Shown here: positions 54,299-62,759 of the stretch, one piece after another | Layout of the letters: every line of letters begins with the position of its first letter | Position numbering within the stretch: position 1 is the first letter of the stretch | NCBI RefSeq assembly: GCF_964204645.1 | Contig: NC_134026.1 | Location: 5,169,950 to 5,233,949, forward strand | Direction of reading: 5' to 3' | Length of the DNA stretch: 64,000 bases | Source of the DNA: Tubulanus polymorphus | Lineage: Eukaryota; Animalia; Nemertea | Notes under the pieces: generated by a model | The model's input: the letters and a program-made list of their open reading frames with translations, nothing else | What the model was told of the DNA's origin: nothing | The model's database searches: none | Translations under genes and position numbers: made by a program

Positions 54299-55575
54299 TC
54301 ACAGATTTCCACTACATCGGATCTTTTTTTGTTTATGAAAAAACTGCAGCTTGCTCCACACCCCACGGCACATCAGAGTTAAACATTCATCACACCACGT
54401 CTGTCTTTGAATGAAACCATACAGTTTCCTGAAAATATAGAATAAATCGCAAATTTTAGAGAATTTAAAGAAACATACTATTCTTCTTAATTCTTCAATT
54501 CTAAGTAGCCTGAGAAATAATACCTACTTTATCATACGCTTTGCTCGAGAAACTTGTCCTCTTTGCATTAAACTTAAAGCCATGAATAGAACACATTTAC
54601 ATTGCATGATCGGATCTGCCATTTCAATCGCTATGTGAAACTGTCTCAGTGATATTCTACCAGCAGTTTCTGCCTGAAAAAAAGTTAACTGGAGAATCAG
54701 CAAACAAATAAAGATTGAATATAGATTGTTGTAGTGGAATTTCATTTGTTGTCAATAGAAAAAGGCATGGTCCAAGCTTTTTCTGAGTGAACTTACATGG
54801 CATTCAGAATGGTCCCCCATAGACGAATAACCTCCTCCCAGCGTGGACAGCCAAGCCATGCATTCTTCAAGTGTAACCCGTTTCGAAATTAATTCTGCCA
54901 CTCGCATATACCTATTTAAAGAAAAATTTGCAAAATTATTTGGTCAGAAAATACTCAGCAAAAGGCAAATTGAATTGCAGTGAATCAATTGACACTATAA
55001 AACTAGTGTTATCAAATTATTGATTCTGTAACTTACCACTTGAAGTCAATGATAATTTCTGTTGGCCACCTGAGCACTATCACAACTACTAGATTTTGTG
55101 TTTTTAATTTGGTGGTTTTTTTCTGATCGTAGCAAACAACATCACTCGTTATAAGATGGGATATGAATCTATAAAATCTGCTATAAAATATGTCGCTTCG
55201 AGTTAAAGTTTCCATCAGTAATGCACCGAAATAACCATTCACGTGAACAGTCAATATAGATTTATCCGCATAAGTCGATGATGTCGAAAGATTAGCAGCA
55301 TGGAAAACATTGTAAGGAATCAGATCACAGATATTCAGATTATGTTTGTCACAGTCACATTCAAATCCATCAGATAACATTAACTCAGTTATCTTGATCG
55401 TATCCATTAGGTCCTGAGTAGCACTAGGGCTATCTTTCAAAGATCCTCGTAAATTTTTTGAACTTTTTTCATTCGAGCCAATTGCGCGTTCTACATAATT
55501 CCTCAGATGAAAAGATTTCCGATCGTATTGAAAATGTGTGGAGATAATACACGATGATGGAACCAGCCGATTCAT
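54299..55575 (-). CDS. DUF4807 / F58A4.6-like uncharacterised protein
   Basis: Spliced peptide ...ERVTLEECMAWLSTLGGGYSSMGDHSECH|AETAGRISLRQFHIAIEMADPIMQCKCVLFMALSLMQRGQ...|LTLMCRGVWSKLQFF...GNL*; WLSTLGGGYS is the family signature as recalled. Start codon tentative. Confidence 0.72.
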
Positions 55576-56049
55576 CTCTACTCTACCTCTCGGCAAAATT
55601 ACACAAGTTTTAGATGATTTATGAAAGTCAAATTTATGAGATTTTGTTTCACTATCCCTAATAAAAGTAAAACCCAGGATCCAGATATTTCAACAATCGT
55701 AGGATACGGTAAAGTTTAGCAGCGGTACGTCGTACGTATTCCAGTGAATAAAACTACACTAGCACTGGCAGGCGAGGATGATGTGAGAAACGTTGAAGAA
55801 GTGCGCTACCAACTGCCGATACATAGATTTTGCGATCCCGTTTGTATATTACGATATTGATGAGTTACTTTTCTTTACTTTCAACGGGTAAAAGTTAAAA
55901 TATAATGTGGTCCTGATGCTAAAACGAAGATTTTGCAGGTCTAGAATACGAGAACGATCCGGAATAATTCTACGACCTTGAAACCCGCTCGATACCGAAA
56001 ATCTACATGCCAGAGTATACTCTGAACAAACTAATTAAACGCCTGAATG

Positions 56050-56300
56050 TATGGAATTCCTCAAGGGCCATACGAGTTACGAATTACGAGTTACATTTTA
56101 CGAATTACGACTTCAATACATTACGCGACTTACTTACTTAGCAGGAACTGATTACAAATTTTATTATCTATGGAATACCTCAAGGGCCATACGACTTACG
56201 AGTTACGTTTTACGACTTACGAGTTACGTTTTACGAGTTACTAATACATTTCCTACAATACGTTACGACTTACGATTTACGACTTACGTTTTACGAATTA
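56050..56300. repeat. Duplicated ~119-bp unit containing a TACGA(G/C/A)T heptamer array
   Basis: TATGGAAT(T/A)CCTCAAGGGCCA at 56050 and 56169, each followed by runs of TACGAGT/TACGACT/TACGTTT/TACGAAT. Confidence 0.85.
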
Positions 56301-56397
56301 CACGTTTTTCACTAAATGGCTTCGGATATCCGAAGCGCGTAATTCAAAGAAGGGGTTTCAAATGTGATGGAATATGTCCATCAGTCGTTTTCTATGT

Positions 56398-56554
56398 TGT
56401 AACTGGAGGGTGCTGCCCTCTCTCTCGAAAATACAGAACAATAGGTGATTGTGTTAATATCTTTTGTCCGCCTTTTTACTGGTTTTTGGGCTCTCAGAGT
56501 CGATATTTGGAGGAAACTTCTACTGTGGAACAGGCAGAATAGGACCTCGTTACA
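56398..56554 (+). repeat. Putative 5' LTR (~157 bp)
   Basis: TGTAAC(TG)GAGG ... CCTCGTTACA terminal inverted repeat, ending 2 nt before the PBS. The left boundary cannot be confirmed without the 3' LTR. Confidence 0.65.
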
Positions 56555-56556
56555 TC

Positions 56557-56577
56557 TGGTGGCAGCGTAGTGGGATT
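56557..56577 (+). promoter_or_regulatory. Primer-binding site, tRNA-Leu type
   Basis: TGGTGGCAGCG-TA-GTGGGATT vs the reverse complement of the eukaryotic tRNA-Leu(AAG/TAG) 3' end, TGGTGGCAGCGGTGGGATT. Confidence 0.75.
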
Positions 56578-56799
56578 TGATTGTGAAAAAACCAGTTGAA
56601 ATTGAGTTGAAGCGGTGAACACGTTTTTCTCCGTTTAGTCTGTGTAAATTACTGTTACTTTTTGTGTGTACTTAACGTATTTTTTTTTTACCTACTTCGT
56701 AATTCCTAGTACATATTTAGTATTTTTAAGTGCCTGTTTCCCCTACATTTATTTGCGGTCCTGTATTTTCTGTGTCATTTATATAAGAGAATAGTAATT

Positions 56800-57918
56800 A
56801 TGTCGGATGTTGAGAATGATGTGTGTGAGCCCTTGGCATTATCTAGGCCTATGTCACCAATGGCCGGAGCTGCACATCATGACCTCCTGGTTAGTGGGGA
56901 GGGTAACCTCTCGTTAAAACCAAAACGTGGCCGTCCAATGAAGACAAAAGCCGAAAATTTGAAAACATCTGAGGATTCCATCCTCCAGCGACTGACTGAA
57001 GTGATGGAGAGGGTCGTGACGAGAGATGCACCCACCCCGAAAATGCACAATATTCCGGCACCCAAGCCCTATACCATGGGACACAATTTCCGCGTTTGGC
57101 TCGAAAGGTTTGACGCGTTCGCTGACCTGGCCCAGATTAGTTCTCGCATCAACGGGGGCGAACAGCGTAAATCACACCTGATGATGCGACTTGACCATGA
57201 GGCATACCAGGCTGTCTCGAACCTACGTCTCGACTCGAGCCTGTCGTATGATGATTTCTGTCGGCGGCTATCATCCCGTTTCCAACAAACAAAGACTGTG
57301 GATGACTTTAAGATGTTGTTGAAAGGGAGGGACCAAAAGACAACTGAATCTGTGGAACGCTATGCCGACGAGTTAGCAGAGCTGGCAAGGAACGCATACC
57401 CTGGCATTGCCTTCGAGCTGCAGGATGAATTGGCCAAAGACCAATTCCTTAAAGGTAATAGCCTACCCGTCTCAGCGAAGCAGTCAATGTATGCGGCCCA
57501 GCCAAGTTCGTTGGCTGCAGCAGTCGCTCAAGCACGGACTCTGGAAACAGCGAGACGGTTGACTGAGGGCACGACTCATAAACAAAAAGTATCCGTTAAC
57601 CAGACCCAGCTCGACTCGACTAGCTCAGCCATAACCAAACAACTCGACGAATTGAAGTCGATGATGGGAACGCTGATGACTCGAGTAGGCCATTTGGAAG
57701 CAGTTGTCTCTGGTAATGGCAATCGTCGACCACCCGCCGATGACAAATGTTGGCGTTGCAGGGATGCAGACCACCCCAAAAACTTGTGCCCACAAGTTAA
57801 ATGCTATAATTGCGGGGGGAGTGGTCACTATTCAAGTAACTGCCACCTACCTAAGGGAAACCAGGGAAACGAGAAACGGGGTTTTCAGGGGGGCAGTGGA
57901 AACCCCATCAGGAAATAG
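56800..57918 (+). CDS. gag: Gag (capsid-like region + two CCHC zinc knuckles), 372 aa
   Basis: FRVWLERF...; QKTTESVERYADELAELA (retrotransposon gag motif); CWRCRDADHPKNLC and CYNCGGSGHYSSNC. Confidence 0.92.
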   Translation: MSDVENDVCEPLALSRPMSPMAGAAHHDLLVSGEGNLSLKPKRGRPMKTKAENLKTSEDSILQRLTEVMERVVTRDAPTPKMHNIPAPKPYTMGHNFRVWLERFDAFADLAQISSRINGGEQRKSHLMMRLDHEAYQAVSNLRLDSSLSYDDFCRRLSSRFQQTKTVDDFKMLLKGRDQKTTESVERYADELAELARNAYPGIAFELQDELAKDQFLKGNSLPVSAKQSMYAAQPSSLAAAVAQARTLETARRLTEGTTHKQKVSVNQTQLDSTSSAITKQLDELKSMMGTLMTRVGHLEAVVSGNGNRRPPADDKCWRCRDADHPKNLCPQVKCYNCGGSGHYSSNCHLPKGNQGNEKRGFQGGSGNPIRK

Positions 57919-60900
57919 TCCCCCCTGTACCGCTGTATATACCCCCCGCAAGACGTAGGAAAAATCGGATGAATACGGCGAATGGTCTAACGTGCGATGC
58001 AAGTAGAGATGCACCTATTGATGGTTACCATCATACTAGCTCCACCACCGTGAGACCATCAAACCATATTCAAATGATATCGAGACCATCAAACCATATT
58101 CAAACGACACCTCAAGATGGATATGTGGTTGCTGGCCCGGCATGTGATTCTAGTGGAGATACACCTACTGATGGTCCGCATCCTACTAGAACCATCACTG
58201 TTAGACCACCACAACATACCCAAAGTATAGAAGAAAATCGACGTGACCCTTCGGAGAACAGTGAGGCTCCCAGTCCGGCTACGGAAAACACTTGTCACAA
58301 GTTGCGCGACACCAAGGTTCAAACAACAGGGACAGGACCAGCCCAGACGAGCTTAGTTACAAACATCGGAACAGTGAGGCTCCACGCCTCGGGCCTTTTC
58401 TGTGATGCCGTAGTAAATGACCATTCGAAAGCGGTGGTACTCCTGGACACTGGTGCCTCCTGCACAATCATTAGAGGTTCGGTATGGGACTCTAGCAGCC
58501 CGACTGGTGAAGCCGCTGCACTGAGGCCAATCGAAGGAATCGTGACAACGGCTACCGGTCAGCCAATGGAGTTACGTGGATTAGCTGATGTATGTCTGAG
58601 AGTTGGAACTGAAGAATTTCATGTCCCCATGATCGTCAGTGAGGATTTGGCACAAGACTGCTTGCTTGGAAGTGATTTCTTCGAGAAATATGGCTGCAAC
58701 ATAGATTACCGTAACAAAGTGCTCCGCTTCGGAAGCCTCAGCGAGGTGCCTGTCCGCCAGAGCCCCAAACGTGCGAGCGCTTGCAGGGTGTTCATCAGTA
58801 AGAGCCAAATCATTCCAGCTGGATCCGAGGTGGTGGTAAATGGATACATGAAACGGAGTTATGCTCATAATAATTCGACCTCAGGGATGATCAGCAGCTG
58901 TGGACGGAATAATTTTTGCACTGGGAAAACACTGGTGGTACCGGAGGCAAACCAGATAACGGTTCGGCTGGCTAACTTCTCGGATGAGGCTTGTAGAGTC
59001 GACAGGGGCCAGACTATTGGTCTATTCTGCCCCCTACAGTCAGTTGACATCATGACTATCGACGACCATGCTCAAAACCCGTCAACTCCAAAAATCCAGC
59101 TGCAGGGTGGTGACAATACTGAATTCAAGGACCTCTTGAGAGAATTGAAAATCGACCAGCTTGAAATCCCCACTGACATGAAAACACAGCTTGTTGACAT
59201 CATACGGGAGCTAAAGTCAGTATTCTCGATGGGAGACTTTGACATTGGTCGAACAGATTCGCTTGAATTCGAGATTGACACCGGTGACCACCCACCGATA
59301 AAACAACATCCCCGTCGGCTACCCCCCGGTAGGAGAGCTTTTGTTGAGGGGACGACCAAGGAGCTTTTAGAACACGACTTGATCCGGCCATCCACCAGCC
59401 CGTGGTCAAGCCCAATAGTTCTAGCGAAAAAGGCCGATGGTTCCCTGCGTCTATGCTGCGATTACCGCCGACTCAATGACGCAACAGTCAAAGACGCTCA
59501 CCCATTAGGTCGAATAGACAGTACCCTAGAGGCTTTATCGGGCGCAACCTGGTTCTCGTCCCTCGATTTAACTAGCGGATACTGGCAGGTCCCAATAAAG
59601 GAATCAGACAAACATAAGACCGCATTCACGACTGAAAACCATCTATTTGAGTGGAATGTCATGCCGTTTGGAGTCTGTAATGCCCCGGCGTCATTCAGCA
59701 GACTGATGGCAATGGTACTGGATGATGTTGCATGGAAAACATGCCTTATCTACCTGGATGATGTAGTGGTGTTTAGTCATGATCTACCAACCCATCTGAC
59801 GCGATTACAAGAGGTATTTCGTTGCTTTCAGAAAGCCGGTCTCAAGCTAAAACCGAGGAAGTGCTCGCTTTTCCAGCGGCGCCTCAAGTTTTTGGGGCAT
59901 GTAGTAAGCGAGGCCGGTGTCGAAACCGACGGTGCCAAATGCGATAGAGTCAGGGATTGGCCGACCCCAACGTCAGTTACTGAACTGCGTAGTTTCCTTG
60001 GTCTTGTGACATATTACTCGCAATTCATCAAGGATTTCGCCGACTTGACAGCCCCGCTACACCGCCTTACGAGGAAAAATGAACCATTCGTCTGGACATT
60101 CAAGCAACAACTAGCGTTTGACGGACTGAAAGAAAAGCTGACCAGCTCCCCTATCCTGGCATTCCCAGATTTCTCGGAGGGTGCTGGAGAGTTCATTTTG
60201 GACTGTGACGCCTCTAACTGGGCTATCGGAGGGGTGCTGTCACAACTACAACACGATGGTTCTGAGAGAGTGATCGAGTACAGTAGCCGCACGCTGAAAG
60301 GTGGAGAGGAGAACTATTGTGCCACCAGGCGCGAAATGTTGGCCTTGGTTGACATGATTGATCACTTCCGCCACCATTTACTAGGCAGGAAATTCAAAGT
60401 TCGCACAGACCACGCAGCACTCAAGTGGCTACAAACCTTCAAAAACCCTGAGGGCCAAGTGGCTCGGTGGCTTGAACGCCTGTCGGAATATGATTTCGTG
60501 ATCGAACATCGAGCTGGAAGCAAACATTTGAACGCAGACGCCCTGTCTCGCATCCCTAAGAGACAGAGGAAACATGGGGACTGCCCAACTTGTGGTGACA
60601 CTGGTCCATCTATATACCAGGTGACTGCAAAACATCAGGGCGATTTGACAGCGCACTCCACTGGCTTGTCCAGGAACAAAATAATCGAGGCGCAAGTAAA
60701 TGACCCCGAAATATCAGAAATTAGGGAGTTCTTGGCCGGAGATGGGGTCAAGGACAAGAAACGGCTGCAACGGTGTGGTAGAACAGCGAGGAGCCTCTAT
60801 AGTCTGGTTGAGCGACTAGAGCTTTTAGATGGCATTCTTGCGCTTAAACCACTTCCGGGGGCTACCTCAACGAGACACCGAGTGGTACTACCCATTTCAC

Positions 60901-62513
60901 TGACTGATGGAACCATAGGAGTCATACATCAGGGATTTGCCGGGAAACATCTCGGTACCAAAAAGACAGAGTGCAAAATTAGGGAAAGATTCTGGGTATT
61001 AGGCCTCTCAGCTAGGGTCAGGGATTTTGTTCGGGGCTGCAAAACTTGCCAAGAGTGCAAGTCCCCGTCCAAACTACCAAAAGCCCCAATGATGTCTACA
61101 CCGGTAGGGCGACGCTTCCAGCGTGTACATATAGACATCGTGGGCCCATTACCGAGAACCCGCCGCGGCAATGTCTACATTCTAGTGGCTCAAGATGCAT
61201 TCACTAAGTGGCCCGAAGCATGGCCAATTCGCACGGAAAAGGCCTCCGTGGTGGCACGTGCCCTTGTGAACGAGTGGGTCACCCGTTACGGCTGCCCTGA
61301 ATCCATCCACTCGGACAAAGGCACGAACTTCGAGTCGAAAGTTTTCATGGAGATGTGTAGGATCTTGGCTATTGAAAAGACCAGAACCACTGCCTACCAT
61401 CCTATGGGCAATGGGCAGGTGGAAAATTTCAATAAGTCCCTGAAGGCCATGCTGACTACAGCCGTCAATGAGTGTGGAACAAACTGGGACGAGGAACTAC
61501 CAGCGTGTTTGATGGCATTTCGTTCAAGCGTCCAGCACTCCACTCTTGAAACGCCGTTCTACTTGATGTACGCCGAGGAAATGTCACTACCAATCGACAT
61601 CAGCGTAGGCTTGCCCGAGGACCACCAACCAAGGACTAAGTATGGCATGGACCTCTCTGACCGCCTCACTAAGTCACACAACATTGTTCGTGATCGACTA
61701 GTGATGGCACAAAGGCGTCAGAAAATGGACTATGACCGTTTCGCAAAACGCGGGGGTTACAAGGTCGGGGATCGCGTGTGGCTGATGAGCCATTTCTTGA
61801 AGAAGGACGAGGCATCTAAGTTCCACCGGAAATGGAAAGGGCCTTACGTCGTGACCGAGAGACTATCGGAGGTGAATTACAGGGTTGTCCTGGAACCAGG
61901 CGCCGATCCGAGGGCGGTGAAGAGAAAGCGGGTTGTGCACTTCAATGATATGAAACCGTGCTTCCTGTCTAGTGAGACCGTGACCATAGGTCATAAAAAA
62001 CCTAGACAGGAACCGGTTAAAATGACCGATCCCGAGGAGCAACCAACCCTCAATGACGACGAGGGGGAGGAAGATGAAGACTGTGTCTGGACACGGTCAC
62101 ACCCCGAGACAACGGCAGTTATTCAAGAACCTCTTGTAACAAACCCTTCCCAAAACCATCGCGAGCCTCCTACTCAAAACCGCTCCAAGCCTGGGCCTTC
62201 GAACATTACAAACACTGAGGGGCACAGAAGACTCAGGCCCAGAGTAGGGATCAGGCGCCCTAGTCGGTTCGTAAACTCATGTACAGTCAATAACGATGAT
62301 TCGCTAGCCAACCAAAATAGGGCCTCAGACCCTTTGGTGGATCCAAACACACTTATAGGACCTCCAGTCGCCTCGGACAAGATTGAGCAGAACAACATTT
62401 TTGATATAGAACTGATCCAAAATTGCCAGAAATGTCGCGAAGTTCGGTCCCGGATTAACATGAGGAAAGGCTACTGGTTAGAAATGGGCCGGTACCTTAA
62501 ATCAAAGGGTTAA
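57855..62513 (+). CDS. pol: Pol polyprotein (protease, RT, RNase H, integrase) in the -1 frame relative to gag
   Basis: Frame open from 57855 (after TAA at 57852). LLDTGAS protease; SPWSSPIV, LDLTSGYWQ, MPFG and YLDD RT; CDAS...EMLA...TDH RNase H; HHCC + DIVGP...SDKG...E integrase; WKGPY motif. Confidence 0.95.
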   Translation, partial: GKPGKRETGFSGGQWKPHQEIVPPVPLYIPPARRRKNRMNTANGLTCDASRDAPIDGYHHTSSTTVRPSNHIQMISRPSNHIQTTPQDGYVVAGPACDSSGDTPTDGPHPTRTITVRPPQHTQSIEENRRDPSENSEAPSPATENTCHKLRDTKVQTTGTGPAQTSLVTNIGTVRLHASGLFCDAVVNDHSKAVVLLDTGASCTIIRGSVWDSSSPTGEAAALRPIEGIVTTATGQPMELRGLADVCLRVGTEEFHVPMIVSEDLAQDCLLGSDFFEKYGCNIDYRNKVLRFGSLSEVPVRQSPKRASACRVFISKSQIIPAGSEVVVNGYMKRSYAHNNSTSGMISSCGRNNFCTGKTLVVPEANQITVRLANFSDEACRVDRGQTIGLFCPLQSVDIMTIDDHAQNPSTPKIQLQGGDNTEFKDLLRELKIDQLEIPTDMKTQLVDIIRELKSVFSMGDFDIGRTDSLEFEIDTGDHPPIKQHPRRLPPGRRAFVEGTTKELLEHDLIRPSTSPWSSPIVLAKKADGSLRLCCDYRRLNDATVKDAHPLGRIDSTLEALSGATWFSSLDLTSGYWQVPIKESDKHKTAFTTENHLFEWNVMPFGVCNAPASFSRLMAMVLDDVAWKTCLIYLDDVVVFSHDLPTHLTRLQEVFRCFQKAGLKLKPRKCSLFQRRLKFLGHVVSEAGVETDGAKCDRVRDWPTPTSVTELRSFLGLVTYYSQFIKDFADLTAPLHRLTRKNEPFVWTFKQQLAFDGLKEKLTSSPILAFPDFSEGAGEFILDCDASNWAIGGVLSQLQHDGSERVIEYSSRTLKGGEENYCATRREMLALVDMIDHFRHHLLGRKFKVRTDHAALKWLQTFKNPEGQVARWLERLSEYDFVIEHRAGSKHLNADALSRIPKRQRKHGDCPTCGDTGPSIYQVTAKHQGDLTAHSTGLSRNKIIEAQVNDPEISEIREFLAGDGVKDKKRLQRCGRTARSLYSLVERLELLDGILALKPLPGATSTRHRVVLPISLTDGTIGVIHQGFAGKHLGTKKTECKIRERFWVLGLSARVRDFVRGCKTCQECKSPSKLPKAPMMSTPVGRRFQRVHIDIVGPLPRTRRGNVYILVAQDAFTKWPEAWPIRTEKASVVARALVNEWVTRYGCPESIHSDKGTNFESKVFMEMCRILAIEKTRTTAYHPMGNGQVENFNKSLKAMLTTAVNECGTNWDEELPACLMAFRSSVQHSTLETPFYLMYAEEMSLPIDISVGLPEDHQPRTKYGMDLSDRLTKSHNIVRDRLVMAQRRQKMDYDRFAKRGGYKVGDRVWLMSHFLKKDEASKFHRKWKGPYVVTERLSEVNYRVVLEPGADPRAVKRKRVVHFNDMKPCFLSSETVTIGHKKPRQEPVKMTDPEEQPTLNDDEGEEDEDCVWTRSHPETTAVIQEPLVTNPSQNHREPPTQNRSKPGPSNITNTEGHRRLRPRVGIRRPSRFVNSCTVNNDDSLANQNRASDPLVDPNTLIGPPVASDKIEQNNIFDIELIQNCQKCREVRSRINMRKGYWLEMGRYLKSKG
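57864..57927 (+). promoter_or_regulatory. -1 programmed ribosomal frameshift signal (slippery heptamer + pseudoknot)
   Basis: G-GGA-AAC in the gag frame at 57864-57870 (second copy 57855-57861), 7-nt spacer, stem 1 GGGGTTT/AAACCCC (57878-57884/57900-57906), stem 2 CAGGGGGG/CCCCCCTG (57886-57893/57920-57927). Confidence 0.8.
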
Positions 62514-62759
62514 ATCCTATATATATATTTAGTACCCTTGTATATAACCCTGCCTATATATTTACTTAGTTTTAGTAGACAGTTTATTATCATTTGTAAC
62601 TGGTGGTGACTAGGATTTCAGACCCCTTGCACCTCCTGATGGTATGCTTGGGACCACCCACCTTGCATGATTCGGGTGGTATCTGAATGAACAGAATCTC
62701 CGCCATTTAGTCTTGTCGTTGCAGCCAACTCATGTTTTGAACTATTTATCGTTTCTAGC

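Noticed and set aside
56051-56542. 163-aa ORF with TSYELR/YVLRLT repeats; also considered as a CRISPR-like array
   Set aside because: Translation artefact of a heptamer array running into the LTR; there are no unique spacers and the context is eukaryotic.
58089-62461. Numerous - strand ORFs within pol
   Set aside because: Antisense shadows of a GC-richer coding region with no motifs.
62595-62610. TGTAACTGG after pol as the start of the 3' LTR
   Set aside because: Only 9 nt match the 5' LTR start, then the sequences diverge, and no polypurine tract precedes it.
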